Origin: Octopus sinensis
Lineage: Eukaryota
DNA length: 64,000 nucleotides
Direction of reading: 5' to 3'
Assembly (NCBI RefSeq): GCF_006345805.1
Contig: NC_043006.1
Location: 66,340,001-66,404,000, forward strand
Below the pieces are notes generated by a model. The model was not told the origin of the DNA and did no database searches. It worked only from the letters and a program-made list of their open reading frames with translations. Both the position numbers and the translations under genes were made by a program. Every line of letters starts with the position of its first letter. The first letter of the stretch is position 1. Below, piece by piece: positions 37,329-50,337 of this stretch.

Positions 37329-38515
37329 CACATATATATGTATATATGTATATATGTATATATGTATATATATATATATAATTATATATATATGTGTGTG
37401 TGTGTATATGTATGTAAACATGTATATATATATATATATAATTATATATATATATAAATATATATATATATTATATATATATATATACAGAGAGAGAGAG
37501 AGGGGGGAGAGAGAAAGGAGGGAGGGAAAGGGAAAAAACAGAAGAGAGAAAAATAGAAAAAGACAGAAAGAAAAGGAAAAATGGGAGAAAAAGAGAAACA
37601 AAAAGAAAGAGAAAGAGGGAAGAAAGAAAGAAAGAGCGGGAGAGGCAAAACTGGAGCATGGCGGGTGGTTGGTGGTTAGTTGTCCTTTGTTACAATATAA
37701 AATGAAATGACCATGGCATGATGTAAAATTTGTTTTGTTGGACTGACTGACCGACCGACCGACCGACCGACCGACAGAGTAAACAGTTGAGCAGACGATA
37801 CGGAAACGAAGGCAAATAACAAAATGGGGGAAAAGGAAAAGAAGAAAGCCATGACAAAGAATTGGAAGCTCTTTTCTTTTTCTTTTGTTTTTGTTTTATC
37901 GATATGCCTCAGTGTTTGTTGTGTGTGTCTGCATTAGAGCTTGCGGAGATTTCACGTTTTAAGATGTTGAATTATTTCTTCAAATAGAGTTTTGTTTCGT
38001 ACTTTTTTTTAAAAGGAAATTATGTATGTATTGTGTAAGGCTATGTATGTATGTATGTATGTATGTATGTATGTATGTATGTATGTATGTATGTATGTAT
38101 GTATGTATGTATGTATTATGTATGTATTTATGTATGTATGTATGTATGTATGTATGTATGTATGTATATATGTATGTATTTATGTATGTATGTATGTATG
38201 CGTATGTATGTATATATGTATGTGTGTGTGTATGCATGTAATTTATGTATGAATGTATTTGTATGTATATGTGTGTGTATATATGTATGTAATGTATGAA
38301 TGCGTATATGTAATGTATGAATGCGTATATGTATGTATGAATGTATGTATGTTTGTTTGTATGTATGTATATTTGTATGTAAGTATTAATATATGCATTC
38401 ATGTATGTATGCATGTATGTATGTCTGCATGTATGTATGTCTGTTGATATATGCATGTATGTATGCAGTGAATGTAAGTATCTATGTATGTATCTATATA
38501 TGTAAACATGCATGC

Positions 38516-38548
<33 letters not shown>

Positions 38549-38647
38549 TGTATGTATGTATGTATGTATGTATGTATGTATGTATGTATGTATGTATGCA
38601 TGCATACATGTATGTATTTGTGTATCTATATATGTAAACATGCATGC

Positions 38648-38678
<31 letters not shown>

Positions 38679-38882
38679 CATGCATGTATGTATGTTACGT
38701 ATGTATGTAATGCATGAACATATTTTACATACGTATGTATGTATATATGTATGTGTGTACGTATGAATTTACATAATGTATGTATGTGTGTAAGTATAAA
38801 TTTATGTAATGTATGTATGTATGTATGTATGTATGTATGTATGTATGTATGTATGTACGTATGACTTTATGAAATGTATGTA

Positions 38883-39822
38883 TTAGGTTATCAAGATAGT
38901 TCTTGTGGTTTTTAACCTTTAAATTCAGATGCACATATCTTGGCTTAAACAAAACTTTATTAATCGAAAGAAACACCATCAGAATCAACCCACTTTTGCC
39001 AAAGCGAAACAAGTTTATTTATGCCAGTAGCGTAAACATCCTGCGTTCTGGTGTCAATGGTGTCGTTGAAGGCGTGTTTGGCATCGTCTTGGTTTTTGAA
39101 GCATTTCTCACTCAGGAAGTTGTCGAGAAGCTTGAAAAAGTGGTAGTCGGTAGGCGAGAGGTTTGGTGAGTATGATGGATGAGGCAGAGTTTCGTAGCCC
39201 AATTCGTTCAACTTCTGCAGCGTTAGTTGTGCGACGTGCGGACGAGCGTTGTCGTGGAGAATAATTGGTCCTTTTTTAGTGATCAATGCTGGCTGTCGTT
39301 GACGGAGTTTCTTATGCATTTCATCCATTTGCTGACAGTACTTCTTCGCCGTAATGGTTTCGCCTGGATCCAAAAAGCTGTGATGGATGAAACTGGATGC
39401 AGACCACCAAACAGTCACCATGACCTTCTTTTAGTGTAACTTTGGCATCGGGAAGTGCCGTGGAGCTTCGTCGGCGTCCAACCACTGAGCTGAGCGTCGC
39501 CGGTTGTCGTAAAGAATCCACTTTTCATCGCAAGTCACAATCCGGTCGAGAAACGAGTCGTTCTTGTTGCGTAAAAGAAAGGAAAACGACACTTCAAAAC
39601 GGCTTTTTGTTTTTGGTTCTCGTTCAATTCGTGCGGCACCCATTTCCCTAACTCGAATTTCTTTCTTCTCACTTCTGCTTTTGTTACCAACTTTGACCCT
39701 TCGCAAATCCCAAATTTTATTTAATTTGCTTTGCGGGAGCGACTGTTTTGACGAAGACGCATCTTGTCCTAACGCTCGAAATGCGGAGTAGATAAAACAG
39801 TGGACAACTGATAAAGGTATTG
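38883..39822 (-). mobile_element. Mariner (DD34D, Hsmar1-like) transposon, HTH region deleted, one TIR retained
   Basis: [57 protein letters not shown]; TIR TA|TTAGGTT..GTGGTTTTT at 38883-38912; stop and frameshifts. Confidence 0.9.
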
Positions 39823-40170
39823 TTATTTATGGTACCTGTCTTGTTTTCTTATTTGTTTCTTTGGTCGTTCGGCAAAAAAGATCGTTTTCCATGTTATTGT
39901 ATTTCATGTTCTCGTTTTTCATGTTGTTTACATTTTTTGACGTCCTATACCCGTATAAGCATTTGTATATACATATATATGGAAGTATGTAGATGTATGC
40001 ATATATGCATATGTATCATTTATATTATTATATATATGTATATAAATATATATATGTATTTATAAATATGTATATAAATATAAATATAAATATGTATATA
40101 TAAATATATATAAATATATATATAAATATATATATGTATATATAGATATATATAAATATATACGTTTAAA

Positions 40171-41777
40171 TATTTGTTGTGCAAGATTTTTTATGTGAAG
40201 TCGTGTGTTGAAACCCAAATCCTTCATTCATACTATGCAAAACCTATGGCCTCAAAATACCTGATCCACCGGAACTCAGCCATTGCGGGCAATGCCAAAT
40301 TCAATATTTTGATGGCAGACCTCGTCAGAATAATGAGAAATGTGTCACGCATGTGCGAGCCTACATAATTAAAGAGACACATACAGTATTTCATTCACCG
40401 CATGCAGTTCTCAGGTTACAGCCATAAAGAAAGGATCAGAGTATACAAAGGCCATGAAGAAATTTGATAATATATTATGTAATGATAGGAATGGGATTTG
40501 CCCACTCTATAGGAACAAGTCATGGAACACTATAGAAAGGACAAAAAAGAAAATAGGGAAGGCCACCTCTTGGTATGATAGCCATAAATACCAGAGTGTC
40601 ATGTTCGTTGACACCACCCCTGGAGGTGAACTGGCGTACCGCTTTAGAAGGACCCTAGATAAACTTAAACTAAGAATTAAGGTTGTTGAAAAGCCAGCAA
40701 CCCTATCAGATCTATAATTGGTAGAACCTATCCTTTTAGTAGAAACCTCTGTACGGATAACTATTGCACTGTATGTAGATTTAGCCCACAAACAAACTGT
40801 AAAGCCAGAAATGTGGTCTATAGTATAAGATGTATAGAGGGACGATGCAGTAACAAGACAGTAACATACGTAGGGGAAACAGCAAGAAGCATTGGAGAGC
40901 GGGTGAATGAACATTGGAGACAACTCAAGGAAGGTAAGAGCTCATCGATTCTGTACCAACACGCCGAACAGGAACACGGGGGATCAATCAATAACATAGA
41001 GATTAATATATTGTACACACATAGAACAGATGCAACAATTAGACAAATTACAGAAGCTACACATATAATAGAAAATAAACCTAGCCTGAATAGAAAACTA
41101 GAATGGAGCAATAGCGCACACCACAACATATGACGATAGTGGATCCTGAAAACATAATAAATACACAGATAATTAAAGAAATAGAAATGAATAACTATAT
41201 ATATGTATATGTATCTATGTATGTATATGTGTATATGTATATATATATGTATATGTGTATATATGTGTATATATATATATATAATATATATTTTTTTTTT
41301 TTTCGATTAGATTTATTATTATTATTACTAATATTGTTGTTATACATACATACAAGCATATGTAATGATAATAATGGGTGGATGTAAACACATGAACAAA
41401 ATTAGAACAAAAGCAACAACAACAAAAACAATACAAATTACAAGAATGTATATAAACAAAAGATACAAATATTACAGGCATCCCCCCCACACACACTAAA
41501 TAAAATAAACGCACATAGAGATATAAGCATGCGCAAATGAAGACATACAATAGAAATACAAAATGGCTGACGGTTAGTAAGGAGAGACACAAATAAGTGA
41601 GAATAAAACCAAGGACCACTGATGCGGTCACAGGAGTGTGACGAAAGAACTTTGGCCGAAATAAGATTAAGATTAATGTAAAAAATAAATATCACTGAAG
41701 CAAAATAACACCAAATATATAGTGCGTGTGTTTTTATTGGCTAAACTGGCAATATAACCATTCCGAAATATAACAAT
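40171..41777 (+). mobile_element. 5'-truncated Penelope-like element: RT thumb, Cys-rich linker, GIY-YIG endonuclease, 3' terminal repeat
   Basis: LHSYYAKPMAS..RMQFSGY; FVDTTPGGELA..IKVVEK; CTDNYCTVC..CKARNVVYSIRC; YVGETARSIGERVNEH; EATHIIENKPSLN; 41500-41777 matches 52463-52740 (minus). Confidence 0.85.
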
Positions 41778-41900
41778 ATAAATATATATATAAATACATA
41801 AATAAATAAATATTTATGTATATATATATATATAAAAGAAGAAAAAGAAAATGGAGATTGGCAAGTTAATAATAATTTATTACCAACAGCAAATTAATTA

Positions 41901-41987
41901 TCTTCACTTACAGCTGTTTCAATTAATACTCGGTAAATATTAAATTTATATTTATATGACCTGAGCATAATATCTTCAGAGGGAAGA
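41901..41987 (-). ncRNA. Type I hammerhead ribozyme, intact core, U.U mismatch at the base of stem II
   Basis: Minus strand UCUUCCCU CUGAAGA UAUUAUGCUC..GAGUAUUAAUU GAAAC AGCU GUA AGUGAAGA; stem I 7 of 8 bp; predicted cut between 41909 and 41908. Confidence 0.65.
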
Positions 41988-42029
41988 AATATACCCTTGG
42001 ATATTTTATATGTTTTAACCTTTGTGACA

Positions 42030-42175
42030 GGCGTCTTTCTGTTTCCGTGAATCAACTCCACTCAGAAGGCTTTGGTCGGCCGGACCCTATAGCAGAAGAC
42101 ATTTGCCCACCATGGTACACAGTCGGACGGAATCCAGAACCATGTATTTGAGAAGGAAACTTCTTACCACGCGGC
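42030..42175 (-). mobile_element. SINE family A head, degenerate
   Basis: AAGGCTTTGGTCGGCC..CTATAGCAGAAGACATTTGCCC..CTTCTTACCAC. Confidence 0.65.
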
Positions 42176-42494
42176 CATTTACAACTGTACAGTGTATTTA
42201 ATCAAGCTTAATCTACGCGCTTATCGTTGCTGGAAATCCGGAATTATTCTTTGTGACTTTGAAGCATTTATAACTTTCATGTCTCTCTAGTCAATCGTCT
42301 TATTTTACAGTCGTATTTCATAATTAAGGAAAACTTAATTATTCACTAATTAGTAATCTTAATCCCAGTAAGTTTTGTCTTTTGATTATGGGTCTAATTA
42401 ACATAATTTATGCTCCATTTGCAATATTGGAGATACATAGGTTGACGCTGAATCTTATGCAAAATTCCAGCGACGAACTGTCTGCGTGTCAACG

Positions 42495-42650
42495 AAAGGC
42501 GGCGAGCTGGCAGAATCGTTTGCACTCCGGGCAAAATGCTTAGTGGCACTTCGTCCGTCTTTACGTTCTGAGTTCAAATTCCGCCGAGGTCGACGTTGAC
42601 TTTTATCCTTTTTGGGGGTCGATAAAACAACTTCCAGTTGAGCACTGAAC
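42495..42650 (+). mobile_element. SINE family B
   Basis: AAGGCGGCGAGCTGGCAGAATCGTT..GAGTTCAAATTCCGCCGAGGTCGAC. Confidence 0.85.
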
Positions 42651-42974
42651 GTAGCTATTATCCTCATCGTTGTCGTTGTCTTTCATACGGTCGTTATCAT
42701 CTTCAGTATCAGCATGACGTCGGCAATTGTTTTGCTTTAAATCGGACAAAATACTAAACGCCATTTCTTCCGCTTCTCTTCGCTCTAAATTAAAATCCAA
42801 ATGAACTCAACCCTGGAACAGACCGATGTCCCGTTCAAGGAAATGTGATCTCGTTCACGTATACGCCATGGATATCGGGTATTCAGCCTTATGAATCCTA
42901 AGGCTCAAGTAAATAACAAAATATCGTCGAGGGTGCTCTATGTAGCCATTAGTTCTCCTGATACCCAAAGAGTA

Positions 42975-43934
42975 CAAATTGTTCAAGCGCAAATGGTTGC
43001 AGATTGATTTGCTGCAATTGCTAATGTTTCCAGAGGTGCGGTTCTCGAAAACCATGCTGGCATTTCAAAACCAAGGTAAAACTAATTCTGGCAAGCATAA
43101 TTCTGGACGGAAGGCAACGCCCAGAGAGGGACCACAGAATAGTGAAACGTATCGTACATCAAAAACCATCGAACTACGGCAACAACGTGAGAACAAAGCT
43201 GAACCACCACCTTGCCAATTACATGTCAGGCAAAATCGTTTGTCATGAGCTTCCTGAATTTGGATATATGAAAGCGATAAAATTACTAATCGTCTCTGGT
43301 CTCAACATCAACAAGCGGAAAAAAATGTTGCTTAGACATCGGAAGTGATCAAACGCTCAGTGGGACACTGTCATCTTTTCTAATGAATCATCGTTCATTT
43401 TCTTTTCCACTTTGGAGTAAGTTTGTCTCAAGACAATCTAGAAAAGCATTCAACCATGACTGTTTGGCTCCGACCGGGAAGCATGGAAGTGGCGCTGTGA
43501 TGATTTGGTATTTTCTTGGCGCTTTTGTTGTTAGTTATTAACGCAAAGGATTGTTGAAGTATTTTGGATGATCGTGTTCACCCTATGGTACAAACACTCT
43601 TCCCTGATGGTTGTGCAATCTTTCAGGACAATAAGCCACCAATTCACGGGGATATTGTTATTTAATATTGATATGAAGGGCACAAAATTGAACCGACCAA
43701 TTGGATTTGCTCCTACAGTCACGTGATCTCAATACAAAGAAGCATTTATGGTGCATTTTGGAGCAGCAAGTGAAGAGCTGTTTCTCTTTACCATTTTCAT
43801 TAAAAGAGCTAAAACGCGTTTCACTTGAAGAGTGGCTCAAAATTCTCCTAATAACCATTCAGAACCCGTATGAGCCAATTCCTCGACGTATTAAAGGTGT
43901 AAATGATGCCAAAGGTAGACCAGCTCCACATTGA
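42975..43934 (+). mobile_element. Decayed Tc1 (DD34E-type) transposase
   Basis: GKTNSGKHNSGRK, MKRIV..KLNHHL, QWDTVIFSNESSF, KHGSGAVMIW, IFQDNKPPIH, DLNTKKHLWCILEQQV, IPRRIKGVNDAKG; many frameshifts and stops. Confidence 0.85.
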
Positions 43935-45789
43935 ATAACAAAGCTTCCAATTTAACAAGGCGCTTCTCTCTCTCTCTCACTCCCCCCTTCTCTCTCTCTC
44001 TCCACATATATATGTAGAACAAATACTGAGATATTATCAATACGAGCAAAATACTTCATAAACCCTTGTTGGCACACCGGGCTTACAATATTACTTGGAT
44101 TAGTGAAGAACTCCCAGTATTCTTGTGGCAGGTTTCCAAGTTATGGTTCATCACAATTCTATAAAGTAAATCCGTGGATGAGCCCTATAAAAACTAGTTC
44201 TTATACATACATACATACATACATACATACATACATACATACATACATACACATATATATGCATACGTACATGCATACAAATACACACACACACACATAC
44301 ACACACATACATATATATATACATACACAAGCACCATCATCATTATTGTTAGTAGTACACACACACACAAATATCACCATCAGCACTATTGGTGGTAAAG
44401 GTGGCAGTGTTGATTGTAATAGTAGTAGTAGTAGTATCAGTTTGCAGCTCGATTTGGTGGTGTTTTTGGTGGCAGTGGTGGCGGTGTTGCTGTTATTATT
44501 ATTAATGAGGCGATCATCGCCGTAATGAAGCCAGTGGTTTGGAAGCTGTATGGTGCGCTTGAGAAGAGATTTGGAACAGCGTCTTCAATGGAAAGATATT
44601 GTATTGACAAAAGGGGGAAAGGAAAGGAAGAGTCGAAATTGTATGGGTTTGATTGAGGAAACTGACGTAGTGGTGGGTGGTTTTGGGAGCTGGTGGGGGA
44701 AATGGATTTGAAGAATTTAAGGAGCTAGTAAGATCAGTGAATCGGAATAAGGGCTCAATGAAATGATATCTGATGTTGAAGACTTTGGTGATGGTAGTAA
44801 TGGCGGTGATGATGGTAGTGGTGGTGGTGGTTGTGCCGATGGTAGTTGTGGTAGCTTTGCTGATGGTTGTGTGATAATGGTAACGAAAGTAGGGTTGGCG
44901 GTGGTGACATGTTAGTTGTGGTGGTGGTGGATCTGTTGGTGGCGGGGCTATCGTGGTGGTTGTGGTTTGGGCATAGTGGTTGCTGTGGTGATGCGTGGTG
45001 GCTATCATGACGCCTAGGGGTCGTGGTTATGTTGGTGACTGCAGTGGTGGTTGTGGTAGTAATGGTGGTTGTAATGGTTGTGGTGGTAGCGGTTGTCGTT
45101 GTGTTGGTGGTGGTGGCTGCGGTGGTTATGTTGGTGATGGTTGTGATAGTTGTGGTCGTAGGAGTAGTGGTTAAGGTGGTGATGGTTGTGGTGGTGATGG
45201 TTGTGGTGGTGATGGTTGTGGTGGTGATGGTTGTGGTGGTGATGGTTGTGGTGGTGATGGTTGTGGTGGTGATGGTTGTGGTGGTGATGGTTGTGGTGGT
45301 GATGGTTGTGGTAGTTGTGGTGGTGGTAGCGGTAGTGCTTGTGGTGGTGGTTATCGTTGTGGTGGTGATTGCCATTGTGATAATAGTTATGATGGCAGTA
45401 GTAGCAGTGATGAAGGTTGGTGGTTATAACTTCGACAGGACCTAAAAGTAGCGTTCATATTGGTGTCGGCGTCAGCGGTAGTTTAATAAACCATATCGTT
45501 TAGTCATCAATCATCATTCTTTATAGAGCAGATTTATACAAGGAGTCATATTAAAACGTCAGATAAATTCATTCGTTCTTACTCCCCACCCAAACCAGCA
45601 TTTTTAAAAATCCATTCCACTGTTAATCGAATCAACACAAAAAATATTTTTATCATAGTGTTTCACGGTCGTATTTCGTATCTCTGTTCGTCCTCTGTAA
45701 CTATTGTTCATCATTTTTGAAATTTCAATAAATTCGACCTATTTTCAGACATTTGACGATGGAGGGCAGAGTAACAGGTGAGGGTTGGG

Positions 45790-46948
45790 AAGAAACGGAT
45801 GATTTTATCATTTCTACTCTTGGCACAAGGCATTTCGCCCGGCGTGTTAACGATTCTGCCAGCTCGCTAGTTTTTTATTCTTTTCTACTCTAAGCACAAG
45901 ACCGGGAATTCTTGGGGAGGGTGTCAGTCGATTAGATCGACTCCAGTTCACAACTGGTGCTTAATATATCGACTCCGAAAGGATGAAAAGTGAAGTCGAC
46001 CTCGGCGAAATTTGAACTCAGAACGTAAAGACAGACGAAATACTGCTAAGCATTTAGCCCGGCGTGCTAACGTTTCTTATATCTTTATTACCCACAAGGG
46101 GTTAAACATGGAGGGGACAAACAAAGACAGACAAATGGATTGAGTCGATTACATCGACCCCCAGTGCGTAACTGGTACTTAATTTATCGACATCGAAAGG
46201 ATGAAAGGCAAGTCGACCTCAGCGGAATTTGAACTCAGAACGTAAAGACAGACGAAATACCGCTAAGCATTTCGCCCGGCGTACTAACCTTTTCGCCAGC
46301 TCGCTGCCTTATTTGGAATAAATATTCTTTCTACTTTAGGCATAAGGTCTGAAATTTTGGGGGAGGGAGCCAGTGGATTAGATCTACCCCAGTACACAAC
46401 TGGTACTTAATTTATCGACCCCGAAAGGATGAAAGGCAAAGTCGACCTCGGCGAAATTTGAACTCAGAACGTAAAGACAGACGAAATACCGCTAAGCATT
46501 TCGCCCGGCGTACTAACCTTTTCGCCAGCTCGCTGCCTTATTTGGAATAAATATTCTTTCTACTTTAGGCATAAGGTCTGAAATTTTGGGGGAGGGAGCC
46601 AGTGGATTAGATCTACCCCAGTACACAACTGGTACTTAATTTATCGACCCCGAAAGGATGAAAGGCAAAGTCGACCTCGGCGAAATTTGAACTCAGAACG
46701 TAAAGACAGACGAAATACCTATTTCTTTACTACCCACAAGGGGCTAAACACAGAAGGGACAAACAAGGACAGACATAGGTATTAAGTCGATTACATCGAC
46801 CCCAGTGCGTAACTGGTACTTAATTTTTCGACCCCGAAAGGACGAAAGGCAAAGTCGACCTCGGCGAAATTTGAACTCAGAACGTAAAGACAGACGAAAT
46901 ACCGCTAAGCATTTCGCCCGGCGTGTTAACGTTTCTGCCAGCTGGCCG
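45790..46948 (-). mobile_element. Tandem array of about 6 SINE family B units, including an exact 229-bp duplication
   Basis: Repeated GTCGACCTCGGCGAAATTTGAACTCAGAACGTAAAGACAGACGAAATAC; GAACTCAGAA at 46231, 46460, 46689. Confidence 0.9.
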
Positions 46949-48020
46949 TCTTACGAATAAATTTATCTGACAGATCAATATTTCTGGTGATGACGAGCAT
47001 AGTTAGTTGTATTGGCACAGGTAGTAGTAGTGGTTAGTTCCTTGCGATGGCCAGTAGCGATGTAGATTGTAGTAACTGTAGTAGTGGAGGTGGTGCTGGT
47101 GGTGTAGGTGGTTGTAGTGTAGGTGGTTGTAGTGTAGGTGGTTGTGGTGTAGGTGGTTGTGGCGTAAGTGGCGGTGGGGTAAGTCGTATCGATGGTGTTA
47201 GTAGCAGTGGTTGTCGTGTTGTTGGTGGCGGCGGCGGTATGGCTAGAGGCGGGGAAACGGTAATGATGGTGGTGTTGGTAGTTGTGTGTGGGTGGGGTGT
47301 AGATAGTGAGGGTAGGGTATAGATAATGGTCACAATGCTGGTGGTGGCGTGCGAATGCCGCAATAGTGGAATGTTGTCTCATTGTTTAGGACTAAATCGG
47401 ACCTAATTGAGCTGATCTATGAATGAGGGCAATCCGGGAGTGACCTTCCCGCCTTTGCATGGGGATATATGGAACTACATGATGCATTATCCATTCTCAG
47501 TTAAGAAGATAGGGTACAATTCAAAGGATAATTGGCTGTTATTTCTAGCAACCGAAGAGACCACATAGAAGCTCCCTTACAATCTCGTTGATAGTCATGT
47601 AAGCGGTGGGGACGATGGTGGTGGTTGCAAAGGTAGCGCTGTTGCTGATTGGCTCCAGATGAACTTTGAATGAAGAGATCTCTCAGGGACCATTTTGCCA
47701 TAGCATCTTTTGCTTGCTTCAGTCATTAAACTGTGGCCATACTGGGGCACTCTCTTGAACGGTTTTAGTCGAGCAACTCAACACCAGTATTTATTTGTTT
47801 CAAAGTTTGATATTTAATCCATCGATTTGATTCTTCAACGGGGACTTAAACAAACCAACACCGTTTGTCCAGCGGTGTGGAGTCAAACACAAAGACACAC
47901 ATCTATCCATCCATCCATCCATCCATCCATCCATTTATGCTTGCATGCATACATAAATACATACATACATGCATACATACATACATACATACATACATAC
48001 ATACATACATACATACATAC

Positions 48021-48345
48021 ATGATGGCTGATCCCTCGTTATCGATTATGGCCATTGCACGAAGCTTAACTGTTACTGGTGCTCTGATCGAATGTGACTT
48101 TTTAGCCTAGCTAAAGATCTACAATGTCTTGTACAGAATTGGCAACTAAAAACTTTACCGGTAATAGCCGCTGTAGTTGTAACTGGGCTTCATGTACCTT
48201 TGCATGTCGTTTAAGTCCTCCTGCCGAATTATACTCTCTTCCACATGCCCGACAGATGTGATTAGTATGGTGTCTAACACCACCACTAGTGGCTAGGTTG
48301 TCACTCATCTGTCTAGCTTTATGACTACGAAGATGACTCTTTATG
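48021..48345 (-). mobile_element. RTE-like LINE 3' end encoding two C2H2-type fingers, with (TATG)n tail
   Basis: HICRACGREYNSAGGLKRHAKVH and, after a frameshift, FSCQFCTRHCRSLARLKSHIRSEHQ*; (CATA)n on plus at about 47945-48020. Confidence 0.75.
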
Positions 48346-48698
48346 GTCAGGTCACTTTCGAGTGCTACTGGTAACATGTAACCCAGTACAACCTGTTGCA
48401 TGGTCGGGTCGTCGGCGACTAAACCGGCAACCCCACCAAGCTTGCTTGGTGAGGAGGGTGTTTATTGGACACCCTGCGGGATGAAAAACAAAACCCGTCA
48501 AAGGGCGGAGGAACTCTTGAAAGTCAACGGCCATCCAATAAATGTCTTAAGACTGTATCATGCGCGAGGACATAGAAATAATCGGACTGAATACCCGATC
48601 GCGCGGTTAAACCATTGGGAGTGAAGGACTCCTAGCCTTTGTTAGGGCATCCTTCTAGGAGAAGGTAACTCAGGTGACTGGGATAACTCCGACATAAA
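48346..48698 (+). mobile_element. RTE-like 5' UTR segment, inverted relative to the adjacent 3' end
   Basis: Close match to 23866-24226; ends at GACATAAA and runs into (CATA)n. Confidence 0.7.
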
Positions 48699-48735
48699 CA
48701 TACATACATACATACATACATACATACATACATAC

Positions 48736-48766
<31 letters not shown>

Positions 48767-49662
48767 CATACATACATACATACATACATACATACATGCA
48801 TACATACATACATACATACAGTGGACCTCTTTCAGTTTCCTTCTAACAAATCCATTCACAACTATTGTTCAAGATGTCATGCCGTGGAACTGAAGTGAAC
48901 AAGGTGCCACGCAATGAATTGAACCCGAACCCATGAGGTTGGGAAGAAAACTTCTTATCGCACAGCCATGATTGCAACCATTGTATCTAAGCCTACATCG
49001 TCTCACTTGTCCATTCTATTTTTTTAAGTGGTAACATGTAATGTAAGGGAGATTTAACTGTTATTTCTAGCAGACCTTCCAGCTACCAAGAGCTTCCAAC
49101 TTCGATCTTGTAATGGTGTCGGTCCTGTTGGTAATGTTAGCTGTAATGTCAATTTTCGGAGGAATTTTTATATGCTTTGAGACACGTGTGCTACATTCTT
49201 CCCTTTTCGTTTTCTTTCTTGCTGTCGTTTTTTCCTCGTTTATTTGTTTTTCAATTAGATTTCCTTTTAATTAAGAAAACTGTTAATGTATTTCACACCT
49301 CAACTTCATACACAAAATCATTCGCGAATTATGCGTGAATTAGAAAACGGTAGCGTTTGAAATTTTGGAAATAGAACTATTTGCATTCACAGTATGTTAA
49401 CCACAGAAAATAGTCTTTTAGGGACATATAAAGCTCGTAAAAGGGAAAAGAAAAAAAAATGGCTATTAGTTCGCATACTAATGCCCTCTTTCTTTTTCAT
49501 TACGGGGGCTTGTCTGTCTTAATATCAGACTATTTTCAATAGTCAATATACGGTGAAAGCTAATCACTCTATTTACAAAATGATTAATTTGCAATGTTAT
49601 TAGTTACCAGTCTTTGAACAATAAGGTATCAATGTCATGTGACATCCATCCGCCCATCCTTT

Positions 49663-49743
<81 letters not shown>

Positions 49744-49775
49744 ATGTCTGACTGTCTGTCTGTCTGCCTGTCTGC

Positions 49776-49850
<75 letters not shown>

Positions 49851-50267
49851 CCTATCTATAACAGTTGATTAGGATTACGTCGCTCGTGGTCATGAGTTGC
49901 TTCAAGCATATGACTGACTTTTAGAATACTCTGGAGGTGGGGACATTAATATATTAATTAGTTAATTAATCAATTAATAATATTCCATTTTTCCATTACA
50001 AAATTTGGAACAATTTCGAAAAGATAACAACTTCACAACTCTAAAAATTACTAATATCATGAGGTAAATAGTACAATAATGCATAAAAAAAAATGAAGGA
50101 CGATAGCAGTTCATATTATTTATGTTAAGAGTTGGATTCAACTCTATGCAGCTTAAAGTTTCTTAGGCTCGTCAAACGAACATATTTCGTCCAGCTCATA
50201 AAAAACTAATGAGGCGAGTCCTAGATGGCATCTGGATATTAGGATGGTATTTTATTGGCTAACGCAG

Positions 50268-50337
<70 letters not shown>

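Noticed and set aside
38960-39421. Functional SETMAR-like gene
   Set aside because: Upstream stop, frameshifts and HTH deletion; no SET domain; a TIR is present, so it is a transposon fossil
31911-41920. CAGCTGTTTC occurring exactly 10,000 bp apart
   Set aside because: Shared ribozyme motif; the round-number spacing is coincidence and the flanks are unrelated
45558-46971. 12-bp inverted repeat GTCAGATAAATT bracketing the SINE B array
   Set aside because: Short and AT-rich, not at the array boundary on the left; likely chance
48111-48401. Host C2H2 zinc-finger gene exon
   Set aside because: Frameshifted, followed directly by a 3' end shared with 24370-24418 and a (TATG)n tail; better explained as a LINE C-terminus
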